Shown piece after piece: positions 54,205 through 64,000 of a DNA stretch of 64,000 bases. The notes below the pieces were generated by a model, which was not told the DNA's origin, did no database searches, and worked only from the letters and a program-made list of their open reading frames with translations. Origin of the DNA: Trueperaceae bacterium (GTDB lineage: Bacteria > Deinococcota > Deinococci > Deinococcales > Trueperaceae); NCBI GenBank assembly GCA_035703635.1, contig DASSXV010000052.1, forward strand, positions 1 to 64,000, in the 5' to 3' direction. The stretch's first letter is position 1, and the number at the start of each line of letters is the position of its first letter. The translations under genes and the position numbers were made by a program.

Positions 54205-55479
54205 TTACGGTTGACCGGAAGGGAAGCCGGTGACGTCTTCGATGTCGGCTTCGGCCTCGGCTACGGCGTCAGCCGCGGTCGCTTGCCCCGTGAGGACACT
54301 GTGCACGGCCGTGTAGAACGCGCGTGAGACGGCGGCGTAGTTAGGCGCGGTAGCGGTCGACGGCCGCGCCACGGCGTTCGTGAACACGTCGTACAACGAA
54401 CCGAAGAACGGCACGGCCGCGAGGACGTCTGGGTCCTGGTAGAGCGCCATGATGGTCGGGTTGAGTGAGCCGTCGATGGCCCTGATCTTCTGCTCGTCGT
54501 ACGAGGCGAGGTAGAGGGCGACGTCCGCCGCCGCAGCCGGGTCCTTGCTGTACTTGGATACCGCGAGTTGCCAACCGCCGAGCGTGGCCGCTGGCTTGCC
54601 GTCCGGGCCAGCCGGCAGTGGGCTGACGTCGAAGTTGCCCGCGATCACGCTGTCTTTAGCGTTGCCGAGGCTGTAGGCGTACGGCCAGTTGCGCATGAAG
54701 GCGGCGTTACCTGCCTGCCACATGTTGCGCGCTTCTTCCTCACCGAAGCTGGTTACGCCGTTCGGAGAGATGGTGCCAACCCAGCCGGCCGCCGTGCTGA
54801 TCGCGGCGATGGCGTTGGGGTTGTTGATGGTGACGACGCCTTCTGGACTGACGATGGTGCCGCCATTGAACGAGGCGACCCACTCGAGTGCGTCACAGGT
54901 GAGGCCTTCGTAGCTGTTGCCTTGCCAGACGAACCCCCAGAAGTCCGGATTGCCGCCACTGCGCTCGCCGTCCTGGATGGTCTGCGCCATGCTCGTCAGC
55001 TCCGCCCAAGTAGTTGGCGGTCCGGAGAAGCCGTACTTGGTGAGCAGGTCGGTGCGGTAGTAGAGGAGTCCGGCGTCCGTGAACCACGGAATGCCGATGA
55101 GGTGCCCGTCGACGGTGTTGTTCTGGATGATCGCGGGGAAGTGCTGGTCAGCTACCTCCCGAGCGCCGTAGTCGTAGAGGTCGACGAAGTGCTCAGCCAA
55201 GTCGCCTGGCCAGATCACGTCGATCTGGAAGACGTCGACGTCCGATGACTTCGCCTCGAACATCTGCAGGTAGAGCGCTAGCCGGTTGTCCGTCAGGTCC
55301 GGCGTCTCGAGGACGTTCACCGTGACGTCGGGGTGCAGCGCCATGTAGCGGGCGGCGGCTGCGCGAGTCAGTTCAAGCTCCTGGCCAACTGCGCCAGCAG
55401 CGACGGTGACTATGGTCTGGGCGAGTGCTACTCCCCCAGCCACGAGCAGTGCTATCAGCAGGATGAAGATCTTCCTCAC
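54205..55479 (-). CDS. Sugar ABC substrate-binding protein (trehalose/maltose TMBP-like)
   Basis: Sec signal ending [47 protein letters not shown] after GGAGAGG. Confidence 0.92.
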   Translation of the reverse strand: MRKIFILLIALLVAGGVALAQTIVTVAAGAVGQELELTRAAAARYMALHPDVTVNVLETPDLTDNRLALYLQMFEAKSSDVDVFQIDVIWPGDLAEHFVDLYDYGAREVADQHFPAIIQNNTVDGHLIGIPWFTDAGLLYYRTDLLTKYGFSGPPTTWAELTSMAQTIQDGERSGGNPDFWGFVWQGNSYEGLTCDALEWVASFNGGTIVSPEGVVTINNPNAIAAISTAAGWVGTISPNGVTSFGEEEARNMWQAGNAAFMRNWPYAYSLGNAKDSVIAGNFDVSPLPAGPDGKPAATLGGWQLAVSKYSKDPAAAADVALYLASYDEQKIRAIDGSLNPTIMALYQDPDVLAAVPFFGSLYDVFTNAVARPSTATAPNYAAVSRAFYTAVHSVLTGQATAADAVAEAEADIEDVTGFPSGQP

Positions 55480-55718
55480 GACTGTCACCTCTCCGATCTC
55501 TGCGGCGAACCTGTCGTCAGGGGACGGGTTCGCGCGCATGGACGCGACGATCCCGGCACGGGTTCCGGGCCGTTGGCTCCGCGGATGACCGGAGCCAACC
55601 GGACACGCCAGCGCGGCGCGCCACTCGAACTAACGTCGCGTTTACGCCCGGAGTGTATCGACAGGCGAGAGGGTGGGGCGCGCGTTCGTCACAGTCAAGT
55701 AGCAGGTTGGGGGTTATC

Positions 55719-56783
55719 TCAGGCGATCTTGCTCTTGCCAACGAGGCTGGTGACTTGTTGCTGCAACTCGAGTTCGTGGAACGGCTTGATGAGCCACTCC
55801 GCGCGTGGGAGCGGCCTGAAGAGCGTTCCGCGTGGTGCCTTGTCGACGAGGACGAGCACGGGAAGGTGGCCCTGCGCTGCGCTCTTGCGCAACTCGCGGA
55901 CGAACTCCCACGCCTCGTTGGTGACGTCGTCAACGACGAGGGCTCTGGGGTGGTGCTCGTTGATGCCGCTGAACACGTCGGCGATGGACTCGACGTGCGC
56001 GGAGCGCAAGCCGCTGCGCTGCAGCGCGAGTTTGATGAGGCGGTTGAGGGCCGCGCTGCTCGAGACGACGAGCACGATCGGTTCGTCCGCCTGGTAAGGC
56101 GAGCGCTCAACCACTCCTAGCTTCTCCAACTCGCCGAGGATGGCTAGGACGCGGCTTTCCGGTAAGTCAAGCTCGGCGGTGATGGTCCGCGCTGAACGCC
56201 TGCCGTCGACTTGGCCGAGGACCTCCCAGCCGCCGGTCGGCAACTCTACGTGAGTCGGGTCGCCAGCGCGCTTGAAGATCGCAGCGGGAGGCGCAGCGTG
56301 CTGCTTGAACTCCTCAAGGCCATGCACGACCCGCATGAGTAGCATGGCGGCGTCGATGCCGTTGCTGACTGGCGCCTGCGAGGCGTTAGCTTCCGCTTCG
56401 CCGAACTCGAAGGCGCCGTCCGACCAACTGAGCAACTCCGCGATGACGTCGTAGGCCTGCGCTTCGATGGCGATGGCGAGGTCCTCGTCGGTGAGGATGC
56501 CGCGGTCGACGGCGATGCGGCCGAGGAGCGTGCCTGGGCTCTCTTGCCGCTGGGTCATGAGGATCTCTTGCACCTCGAGGGCGCTAAGCAGGTCGAGGCG
56601 GACTAGCATCTCTCCCAAGTGAGCGCCGGTGTTGAGGTGGGCGTACGCCACGCGCCCGACGCTGAAGTACACGCGCGCCCGCGCGCCTCCACGTTCAACG
56701 GTGAGGATCCCGGACTTCTGGCTCATCGCCACGAGTTGGAACACGTCACCGAGGGGGAAAGTCTTGAGGCTCCCCGAGATCAC
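55719..56783 (-). CDS. DUF4388 (PatA-N) protein with MshEN-like repeats and atypical C-terminal receiver domain
   Basis: GSL..F.L.D.FQ...QKSG.L DUF4388 start; LG..L...L repeats; W..G.F.F; receiver ending LIKPF; GTG 7 nt after the ruvB stop. Confidence 0.82.
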   Translation of the reverse strand: MISGSLKTFPLGDVFQLVAMSQKSGILTVERGGARARVYFSVGRVAYAHLNTGAHLGEMLVRLDLLSALEVQEILMTQRQESPGTLLGRIAVDRGILTDEDLAIAIEAQAYDVIAELLSWSDGAFEFGEAEANASQAPVSNGIDAAMLLMRVVHGLEEFKQHAAPPAAIFKRAGDPTHVELPTGGWEVLGQVDGRRSARTITAELDLPESRVLAILGELEKLGVVERSPYQADEPIVLVVSSSAALNRLIKLALQRSGLRSAHVESIADVFSGINEHHPRALVVDDVTNEAWEFVRELRKSAAQGHLPVLVLVDKAPRGTLFRPLPRAEWLIKPFHELELQQQVTSLVGKSKIA

Positions 56784-56790
56784 GCGGCGC

Positions 56791-57798
56791 TCACCGTTGG
56801 CCCTCGGGTTCCTGCACGAAGAGTGGCGCCTCGCTCGCGGCCGCCTGCGGCACGGGGAGTCCGAGGTGCTGATAGGTGGCCGGGGTCGCCATGCGGCCGC
56901 GTTGCGTGCGCATGAGCAGGCCACGCTGGATGAGGAACGGCTCGTACACTTCTTCCAAGGTGGCGCGGTCCTCAGAGACGGCGGTCGCCAACGTGTCGAG
57001 GCCGACAGGGCCGCCCGCGAAGCGCTCGACTAGCGCGCTGAGAATGGCGCGGTCGCGCCTATCGAGCCCGGCGTCGTCTATGTCGAGAGCCGCTAGTGCA
57101 TGCCTCGCGCGGGCGATGTCGATGGTCTCGTCGCCAGCCACCTGAGCGTAATCGCGCACGCGCCGCAGGAGGCGCTTGGCGATGCGCATGGTGCCGCGCG
57201 AGCGCCGCCCGATCTCGAGCGCCGCCTCGTCGCTAAGGTGATAACCGAGTTCGTTGGCGTCACGTCTTACCGAAGTCGCGAGGTCGTCGTCCGAGTAGAA
57301 ATCGAGGTGCTCGATGATGCCGAAACGGCTCCTGAGCGGACCGGTGATCAGCCCTGGCCGAGTGGTCGCGCCGATGAGGGTGAAGTGCGGCAGTTCGAGC
57401 CGCAGCGAGCGCGCGGCGGGACCCTGGCCCAAGATGATGTCGATCTTGAACTCTTCCATGGCGGGGTAGAGGTGCTCTTCCGCCACGCGTCCTAGGCGGT
57501 GGATCTCGTCGATGAAGAGCACGTCGCCTGGTTCGAGGGAGTTCGTGAGGATGGCGGCGAGGTCGCCCGGCTTCTCGATGGCTGGTCCGGAGGTCACGCG
57601 GATGCCGACGCCTAGCTCCGCCGCGATGATGTGAGCCAAGGTCGTCTTGCCAAGGCCAGGTGGGCCGTAGAGCAGCACGTGATCTAGGGCCTCACGCCTG
57701 TCGCGGGCGGCCTCGAGATAGACCTCGAGCTTGCGCTTCAGGCGCGCCTGGCCGACGTAGGCGGCCAATGACGCCGGCCTGAGACGTACTTCGTCCAC
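56791..57798 (-). CDS. ruvB: Holliday junction branch migration helicase RuvB
   Basis: [45 protein letters not shown]; leaderless TACGGT-N7-GTG. Confidence 0.98.
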   Translation of the reverse strand: MDEVRLRPASLAAYVGQARLKRKLEVYLEAARDRREALDHVLLYGPPGLGKTTLAHIIAAELGVGIRVTSGPAIEKPGDLAAILTNSLEPGDVLFIDEIHRLGRVAEEHLYPAMEEFKIDIILGQGPAARSLRLELPHFTLIGATTRPGLITGPLRSRFGIIEHLDFYSDDDLATSVRRDANELGYHLSDEAALEIGRRSRGTMRIAKRLLRRVRDYAQVAGDETIDIARARHALAALDIDDAGLDRRDRAILSALVERFAGGPVGLDTLATAVSEDRATLEEVYEPFLIQRGLLMRTQRGRMATPATYQHLGLPVPQAAASEAPLFVQEPEGQR

Positions 57799-58026
57799 GT
57801 CCCGTACCGTACCACGTGGCCCGCTTCGGCCCTGAAGCCCACGGAGTACTGTGTTCGCGTCGTGCGCGGGCCAGGCGAGGCAGCTGCGCAGCTCGCACAC
57901 TGCAGCAGGTACACCGACCGTTGGTGACTAGGCGGTAGGCGGCGGCGCACTGCGGTAAGGTGTTCCGGCCACGAAGCGGGTGCTTGGTTGCGGCGCCCAT
58001 ACGGCGCGCTAGCGGGAGGCTAGAAG

Positions 58027-58575
58027 ATGCAGACTCACCGAGTTCGCGTAGGAGACCAGGAGCGCGAGCTGCAGGTCGTGAACATCGGGGCGGTTTCGGT
58101 TGCGCTCCTCAACTTGCTTGGCGACACGAGCCTGACGGAGGCCGCGGCGGAGGAGTTGGTCAAGCGCCTCCCTCACGGTGTTCAGACCCTCGTCACGCCC
58201 GAAGTCAAGGCGGTGCCGCTCGCGCACGCCATGAGCGTAAGGAGCGGGCTGCCTTACGTGGTGGCGCGCAAGACAGAGAAGCCATACATGGTCGGCGCCA
58301 TCACGAAGACCGTGGTCTCGATCACGACAGGCAAGCCGCAACTCCTGGTGATCGACGGCGCCGACGTCGCTAAGTTGCGCGGCAAGAGCGTCGCCATCGT
58401 CGATGACGTGGTCTCGACGGGAGGCACCCTCACGAGCCTCATCGACATCCTCACAGAGGTCGGCGCGACCGTCGTGGCCACCATGGTGGTGTTCACGGAG
58501 GGCGACGAGCGTGACGACGTCATCGCGCTCGGCCACCTGCCGCTTTACCCGTCTGAGATAGGCGCGCACGACTGA
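58027..58575 (+). CDS. apt: Adenine phosphoribosyltransferase (Thermus-type)
   Basis: [30 protein letters not shown], intact PRPP loop [13 protein letters not shown]. Confidence 0.82.
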   Translation: MQTHRVRVGDQERELQVVNIGAVSVALLNLLGDTSLTEAAAEELVKRLPHGVQTLVTPEVKAVPLAHAMSVRSGLPYVVARKTEKPYMVGAITKTVVSITTGKPQLLVIDGADVAKLRGKSVAIVDDVVSTGGTLTSLIDILTEVGATVVATMVVFTEGDERDDVIALGHLPLYPSEIGAHD

Positions 58576-58630
58576 CGCAGGTGTCGCCGCGGCGTAACGT
58601 TCGGCTAGGCGAGTAGTGGAGTGAGGGGAG

Positions 58631-60469
58631 ATGGCCGTCGACGCCAAGGAACAGATCAAAGACCGGCTCAACATCGCCGACGTCATCGGCGAGGTCGTTG
58701 CCCTCAAGCCTGCTGGCAGGGGCCAACTGAAGGGCCTCTGCCCATTCCACGGCGAGAAGACCCCAAGCTTCCACGTCCACGCTGACAGGGGTTTCTTCTA
58801 CTGCTTCGGTTGCCATGCGAAGGGCGACGTCTTCGACTTCGTCATGCGCACGCAGTCGCTGAGTTTCCCGGACGCCATGCGCCTTCTCGGCGCGCGGGCC
58901 GGTGTGGAGGTCACGCTCGGGTCGGCCAACGAGCCGCACAGGCGCGACTTGTATGACGTGAACCAACTAGCCCTCGACTACTTCCGGTCGCACCTCAGCG
59001 GCGCGCCCCTCGATTACTTGACGGGCCGCGCCTTGACGGCGGACACCATCGCCGCCTTCGAGTTGGGTTACGCCCCGAGCGGTTGGGACGGGCTCTTACA
59101 GCACGCGCTGACCAAAGGGGTGCGCGAGGACGACCTCGTTACCCTCGGGCTCGTCGTCGAGAACGAACGCGGTAGGCGCTACGACAGGTTCAGGGACCGC
59201 ATCATGTTCCCCATCCGCGACGGCCTCTCGCGCTTGGTGGGGTTCGCCGGGCGCGTCATGGACGGTTCGCTGCCCAAGTACGTCAACAGTCCGGAGTCCG
59301 AGCTATTCAAGAAGGGCGAGCTGCTCTACGCCCTAGACAAGGCCCGCGCAGACATCAGGCGCACGGGTGAGGTGGTGGTGGTCGAGGGCTACATGGACGT
59401 CATCGCCCTCCATCAAGTGGGCGTGCGCAACGCTGTCGCCGCCCTCGGCGCCACTCTCACGTCCGAGCAGGGCGATGCCCTCACGCGCCTCGACGCCCAC
59501 TCGGTCAAGCTCGCGTTCGATGCGGACGAGGCCGGGCAACGCGCCGTGCTCGCCGGCCTCGACCAGGCGGTCGGCCGCACCTTCGTCGTTAGCGCGGTCA
59601 GCGTGCCGTTCGGCAAGGACCCAGCTGAGGCCGTGCTAGGCGGACACTTGGATGAGTTCCGGCAAGCGCTGGCACGGGGCGTCAGCGAGGTCGAGTTCCG
59701 CTTCAACCGCGTGCTCGAGCGGCACGACAAGTCGACGGTCGAGGGCCAGCGCGCCGTGCTCGAGGAACTGCAGGGCGTATTGCGCCCGCGCGCCGTCTTC
59801 GACCCGGTGGCGAGCGAGATGCGGCGCCTCGTCGTCGAGCACCTCGGCATCGACGTGGCAAGGCTAGATGACTGGCTGGCTAGCAAAGCGCGGCGGGCGC
59901 CAACGCCGACGGAGATGCGCGGCTTGCAGCGCCAACGCACGGAGCTTGGGCAGGCGCGGCGCCTCGAGTTCGAGGTCGTCGCGCTGCTCCTCATGGAACC
60001 GCGTGCGTTGCGCGAGCGGCTCGAGCAAGTCGTGGCGGGCCTGCCGGACGGCGCCGAGGACTCAGCACTGCGAGAGTTCGAACGCTACTGCCTGCAGGCT
60101 AACTACGACACTACCGCCGTACTAGCGGTTTACCAACAACACGAGGAGGGTGCGTTAGTGCTCGAGCGCTTGCTGCGCGCTGATGCAGAGGAGGAGGGCC
60201 GCATCGACGTCGAGGACCAGTTGATGAAGAGCATGTCGCGGTTACGCGAGGTGAGCCTCGAGGAGCAGAAGGAGCAGGGGAGGGCGCGCCTGTTGGCGCG
60301 GCGCGCAGAGTTGGCTCGCGACCTTGCGGACAAGGGCGAGGACGACGAGGGCCTCACGGACCTGTATGGCGAACTGCAAGAGATCCAGGGCGTGCTGGCG
60401 GCGCGTGACGCCGAGCGTAGGCTGAGGGTCCCGCAGTCGTTCACGAAGCAACGTAAACGGCGCGGTTGA
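58631..60469 (+). CDS. dnaG: DNA primase
   Basis: CPFH..KTPSF...CFGC Zn finger, FRDRIMFPI, KYVNSPE, EGYMDV, FDADEAG TOPRIM motifs. Confidence 0.98.
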   Translation: MAVDAKEQIKDRLNIADVIGEVVALKPAGRGQLKGLCPFHGEKTPSFHVHADRGFFYCFGCHAKGDVFDFVMRTQSLSFPDAMRLLGARAGVEVTLGSANEPHRRDLYDVNQLALDYFRSHLSGAPLDYLTGRALTADTIAAFELGYAPSGWDGLLQHALTKGVREDDLVTLGLVVENERGRRYDRFRDRIMFPIRDGLSRLVGFAGRVMDGSLPKYVNSPESELFKKGELLYALDKARADIRRTGEVVVVEGYMDVIALHQVGVRNAVAALGATLTSEQGDALTRLDAHSVKLAFDADEAGQRAVLAGLDQAVGRTFVVSAVSVPFGKDPAEAVLGGHLDEFRQALARGVSEVEFRFNRVLERHDKSTVEGQRAVLEELQGVLRPRAVFDPVASEMRRLVVEHLGIDVARLDDWLASKARRAPTPTEMRGLQRQRTELGQARRLEFEVVALLLMEPRALRERLEQVVAGLPDGAEDSALREFERYCLQANYDTTAVLAVYQQHEEGALVLERLLRADAEEEGRIDVEDQLMKSMSRLREVSLEEQKEQGRARLLARRAELARDLADKGEDDEGLTDLYGELQEIQGVLAARDAERRLRVPQSFTKQRKRRG

Positions 60470-60576
60470 GGGGCCGTTCTTGAGGGTATCGTGAGGCGAT
60501 CTCGTGGTGTCGAGTTGCGGGAGCTCACTCTGCGAGGCGTTGTGCGCTGTTACCTGGTCGGGACGAATGTCCTTGA

Positions 60577-60605
60577 TTGACACCCCCAGATTGCCTTGGT
60601 ATGTT
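60577..60605 (+). promoter_or_regulatory. sigmaA promoter of the V/A-ATPase operon
   Basis: TTGACA-N17-TATGTT with extended -10 TG. Confidence 0.75.
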
Positions 60606-60744
60606 TGGGCGGAAACGCGTCAGGGGCGCTATTTTGCCGCACAACCGCGTTCTGAAGTAGCAGGTAATTGAAACGAACGATCCCGACGACATCAGGCCCC
60701 AACGAAGGTCCCGGTGTTGACGTGTGTGACGGAAGGAGGGCCGC

Positions 60745-61065
60745 TTGGAAGCTCAAGGAGAACGACTGCTCCAAGACCTAGTCACCCAGGAGAAGAACCT
60801 GGTGCGCAAGGTCGAGGAAGCCAAGGCTAAAGCGAAAGCCGAACTCGATCAGGCTACGGCGGACGCCGCTAAGCTCGTCGAGGAGGCCAAAGCGCGTGCC
60901 GAGGCTGCCGCTAAGCGCGACATAGCCGCCGCCGCCAAGGAGGCGGAGGACGCCCGCGAAGCCATCGTGCGTAGCGCCCGCGAGGGCGCAGAACTATTGC
61001 GCGATAAGGCAAGGAACAACAGTGAGCGCGCCGTGGCTGCGGTCCTGGAGAAGGTCCTGCCATGA
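60745..61065 (+). CDS. V/A-type ATP synthase peripheral-stalk subunit G(H)
   Basis: A/E/K coiled coil ending VLEKVLP; TTG after GGAGG; first gene of the operon. Confidence 0.85.
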   Translation: MEAQGERLLQDLVTQEKNLVRKVEEAKAKAKAELDQATADAAKLVEEAKARAEAAAKRDIAAAAKEAEDAREAIVRSAREGAELLRDKARNNSERAVAAVLEKVLP

Positions 61066-63050
61066 TCGCCACGATGGACCAGGTGGTGGTGGTCGGTCGG
61101 CGCAGCCGCGCCAAGGAAGTACTGACCAGCCTCCAGAACCTGGGCGTCGTCCAGGTAGATGCGCTCGATCCGGACGGTTCGCAAGACGCTGTCAAGCGAC
61201 TGAAGCTCGCCGGCGCCGACCTCGAGGCGAAGGAGAGCTGGGATCGCCTGGTGGCGCGCTCGCGCTCGTTGCTCGCCGAACTCGGTGTTGACGCGGACGC
61301 GCAGGCGCGCGTCGAGGTCGGCGCCGACCCGGTCGCCATCGAGCGTGACCTCGGCCAAGTAGCCGAGCAAGTCGAACGCCTCGTCGCGGAACGCGGTGAG
61401 CTGACGGACGAGCTCGAACTCATCAAGACCTACCAGCCGCTCCTACGCGACCTCGCCCCCCTCCAGGGTCCCCTCGATGACGCCAAGTACCTGCGGGGCG
61501 TGGCGTTCTTCATCGAAGACGGCGGCCTCGAGAAGATCGCTCCGAAGGTCACCGACGAGCTGGGGGGCGCCGTCGAGTTCGTCAGCCGGCCGTTCCGCAA
61601 CGGACGCCTCGTCGTCGCCGTCACGTTGGCTGGCCGCGCTGCCGACCTGCGCAGCGCGCTCGGCAAGGCGGGCGTATCCGAGATCGTGCTGCCTGACAGT
61701 TACGCTCACCAGGGCGTTGCCAAGGCCGCGCACATGATGGAGGAGCGCGCTCGGGTCCTACCTCAGCGCCTCGACGCCATCAAGGCCGACCTTGCCAAGG
61801 TCGCCGGGCAGCAAGGCGCGCGCCTCGCCTCCCTCGACCGCGTTGCTCGCAACCACCAGGAGCGCTACGCGCGCTATCAGGACCTCGCCGAGGGCCGCTA
61901 CGGTTTCGCCATGCAGGGCTGGGTGCCAACGAGCGACAAGGACAACGTCGTTGCCTCGCTCACCAAGCAGTTCGGCCCAGACATCGTGCTGAGCACGCGC
62001 GCGGCCGACGCCCACCACGACAAGGGCGTGCCTGTCAAGTTCGAGAACCCCGCGTGGGTGCGGCCGTTCACCGGTCTGCTCGCGCTCTTCGCGCCGCCCA
62101 AGTACGGCAGTTTCGACCCGTCGTGGACCCTCGCCGTGTTCTTCCCACTCTTCTTCGGGTTGGTCGTCGGCGACATGGGCTATGGCCTGCTGTTCGCCGG
62201 CATCGCCACCCTCTTGCGCAAGCGCGGGGCGGCGGGCAAGAAGCTCGACCTCGGGCCGCTGAACATCGTCGTGCCAGCGGCGGCGCTCAAGCCCATCAGC
62301 ACCGTCATCTACTGGTGCGCCGCCTGGGCCTTCGTGTGGGGCTTCTTGTTCGGTGAGTTCTTCGGCAACGTCCTCGAGCGCTTCCCGGCAGGGCGCCCGG
62401 TGTTCTACACCACCCTGCACCATGAAGCCGGGTATGGCCTCATCAACATCCCGCTCTTCCGCGTCGAGGTGTTCACGCCCCTGCTGCTCCTTAGCATCGG
62501 CTTCGGCGTGCTGCAGGTGATCGGCGGCTGGCTGATCCGGGTCATCTTCGGCTTGAGGCACCACGACATGCGACACGTCTACGAAGGCATCGGCATGGCT
62601 TCAGGCTTGGCCGCCATCGTGCTGTTCGCCTGGGCGTTCCTCAACAGCTCGCTTACCCCGCTGGTCACGGGCCTCGTCGCGGTTGGGTTCCTCGTGTTCC
62701 TGGTTTGCACGGTCCTCGCCAAGATGCCGCTCATGCTCGTCGAGCTGATCTCGAACTCTGGCAACATCCTCAGTTACCTTCGACTTTTCGCGGTGGGCCT
62801 CTCCGCCGCACTGGTGGCTAACCTGTCCACCAACCTGGGCTTCGCGATCGCAGGCACCCTGCCGGTGATCGGCCCCATCCTCGGCATCGCCGTGGGTCTG
62901 GCCGTCCACCTGACCGCGATAACCCTTACGATCATTGGACATACGCTGCAGCCTTTGCGTTTGCAGTATGTCGAGTTCTTCACCAAGTTCGGCTTCTACG
63001 ATGAAAGCGGCCGACCGTACAGACCGTTCAAGCTCCTAGGAGGAAAGTAA
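61062..63050 (+). CDS. atpI: V/A-type ATP synthase subunit I (a)
   Basis: GWVP, P.YG..DP, FFG..VGD.GYG, LSYLRLFA (essential Arg), RLQYVEFF.KF. Confidence 0.96.
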   Translation: MIATMDQVVVVGRRSRAKEVLTSLQNLGVVQVDALDPDGSQDAVKRLKLAGADLEAKESWDRLVARSRSLLAELGVDADAQARVEVGADPVAIERDLGQVAEQVERLVAERGELTDELELIKTYQPLLRDLAPLQGPLDDAKYLRGVAFFIEDGGLEKIAPKVTDELGGAVEFVSRPFRNGRLVVAVTLAGRAADLRSALGKAGVSEIVLPDSYAHQGVAKAAHMMEERARVLPQRLDAIKADLAKVAGQQGARLASLDRVARNHQERYARYQDLAEGRYGFAMQGWVPTSDKDNVVASLTKQFGPDIVLSTRAADAHHDKGVPVKFENPAWVRPFTGLLALFAPPKYGSFDPSWTLAVFFPLFFGLVVGDMGYGLLFAGIATLLRKRGAAGKKLDLGPLNIVVPAAALKPISTVIYWCAAWAFVWGFLFGEFFGNVLERFPAGRPVFYTTLHHEAGYGLINIPLFRVEVFTPLLLLSIGFGVLQVIGGWLIRVIFGLRHHDMRHVYEGIGMASGLAAIVLFAWAFLNSSLTPLVTGLVAVGFLVFLVCTVLAKMPLMLVELISNSGNILSYLRLFAVGLSAALVANLSTNLGFAIAGTLPVIGPILGIAVGLAVHLTAITLTIIGHTLQPLRLQYVEFFTKFGFYDESGRPYRPFKLLGGK

Positions 63051-63361
63051 TGAGTAAAGCAGTTCGCGTTCTCTCGGCAGTCTCCCTGTTCGCCCTCGTC
63101 GGTGCGGTGGCCTTCGCCCAGTCCGCTGGCGGCCCTGGCATCGGTGCCGGTCTTATCGCCCTCGGCGCTGGTCTAGCCATCGGCCTCTCCGCCATCGCCG
63201 TGGCCATCGCCCAGGCCGCCATCGGTAGCGCAGGCGCCGGCCTCCTCGCGGAGCGCCCTGAGGCCTTCGGTCAGGTCCTGATCTACCTCGTCATTCCAGA
63301 GACGCTCATCATCTTCGGCTTCGTCATCGCGTTCTTCCTGAACAACCAGATCGGCGGATAA
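63050..63361 (+). CDS. atpK: V/A-type ATP synthase proteolipid subunit K (c)
   Basis: Signal-like N-terminus, two TM helices, AQ..IG, IPET carrier Glu. Confidence 0.95.
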   Translation: MSKAVRVLSAVSLFALVGAVAFAQSAGGPGIGAGLIALGAGLAIGLSAIAVAIAQAAIGSAGAGLLAERPEAFGQVLIYLVIPETLIIFGFVIAFFLNNQIGG

Positions 63362-63363
63362 GC

Positions 63364-63954
63364 GTGGCTGATCTTTCGGCTCTGCTCGAGAAAGAGGCGA
63401 GCACCGAGATCGAGACCATCCTCTCCGAGGCGCGGAAACGCGCCTCGGAGATCGTCGCAAACGCCAAGGCCGAGGCTAAGGCCTTAGAGGCGAGCCGTGC
63501 CCGCGCCGTCAAGGGCATGGGCGAGGCAACGCTGGTACGCGCCAAGTCGGCAGCGCAACTTGAAGCGTCGTCACTGCGGCTTAACGCCCAGCACGACGGC
63601 GTCCAAGGCGTCTTCGACAACGCCCGCGCTAAGCTCGACCAGCTCGCAAGCGACCCGATAGGTTACGTTCCCGTGTTCACCAAACTGCTATCCGAGGCCG
63701 TCGCAGGCGCGGGCAGCCAGGCGCCCCTCGCCGTCGTCGTGGCGCCGCAGGACCGCGCCGTGGCGGAAGACGCCGTCAAGTCCTCTGGCCTAAACGTCCC
63801 GGTCGAAACGGCAGACGACGTTAAGGGTGGAGTGCGCATCCGCACCGCCAACCGCAGCGTCATCGAGAACACCCTCTACGGTCGGCTCGACGCGCTGCGT
63901 AACGAGCTTGCCTCGGAGGTCTCGACGGCGCTGTTCGGCGCCAAGGCAGGTTGA
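63364..63954 (+). CDS. atpE: V/A-type ATP synthase subunit E
   Basis: N-terminal coiled coil, GGVRI...IENTL..RL...LF. Confidence 0.92.
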   Translation: MADLSALLEKEASTEIETILSEARKRASEIVANAKAEAKALEASRARAVKGMGEATLVRAKSAAQLEASSLRLNAQHDGVQGVFDNARAKLDQLASDPIGYVPVFTKLLSEAVAGAGSQAPLAVVVAPQDRAVAEDAVKSSGLNVPVETADDVKGGVRIRTANRSVIENTLYGRLDALRNELASEVSTALFGAKAG

Positions 63955-63960
63955 GGCGTC

Positions 63961-64000
63961 ATGTCCAGTGATTACGGCTACATCAACGCGCGCGTGCGCG
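63961..64000 (+). CDS. atpC: V/A-type ATP synthase subunit C (d), 5' fragment
   Basis: MSSDYGYINARVR matches the subunit C N-terminal Y.NARVR motif; expected gene order. Confidence 0.85.
   Translation, partial: MSSDYGYINARVR

Noticed and set aside
57799..57960. RDRM/DdrO or LexA boxes upstream of ruvB (also checked at uvrB and recF)
   Set aside because: No convincing palindrome found by eye; a PWM scan would be needed.
57915..58026. GTGACTAGGCG upstream of apt resembling a ZTP riboswitch start
   Set aside because: Lacks the downstream conserved elements and the 3' pseudoknot hairpin; no purine riboswitch core seen either.
60470..60576. G/T-rich intergenic stretch after dnaG as a possible ncRNA, or missing rpoD
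   Set aside because: No recognisable RNA family or strong fold; dnaG-rpoD linkage is not universal.

Overview
A GC-rich (about 65-70% by eye) core-chromosome segment from a Deinococcota bacterium, most likely Trueperaceae-like. Support for this: Thermus/Deinococcus-type beta' insertion, DdrI/SdrP-like Crp regulator, V/A-type ATP synthase, Thermus-type L33 and APRT, and many leaderless promoters. Gene order: tuf (3' end)-rpmG-secE-nusG-rplKA-rplJL-rpoBC; YqgF-like nuclease; carD; EamA transporter; GH1 beta-glucosidase; a psuG-rodZ-ABC permease-DUF2207-ABC ATPase-DUF423 run; FUN14-family protein; groES-groEL (HAIR plus CIRCE operators); AlkP-family hydrolase; recF-dciA-gpmI; sufS-sufU; punA-divIVA; bamA; ychF-ddrI; hom-thrC; pfkB-S41 peptidase-MBL hydrolase; uvrB-hypothetical-second carD-rsmA; ABC exporter; acetoacetyl-CoA ligase; sugar ABC importer; ruvB-DUF4388/receiver protein; apt; dnaG; start of the V/A-ATPase operon. 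I see no rRNA, tRNA, CRISPR array, prophage, IS element or defence island, and no convincing complete novel system. The best leads are the extreme G/T codon skew in tuf that stops abruptly, a roughly 300-nt structured rpoB leader, two CarD paralogs (one coupled to rsmA), a ruvB-linked DUF4388/MshEN-like/pseudo-receiver protein, an ABC transporter split by a DUF2207 gene, and dual heat-shock operators. All product calls come from motif recognition by eye; no database searches were run.
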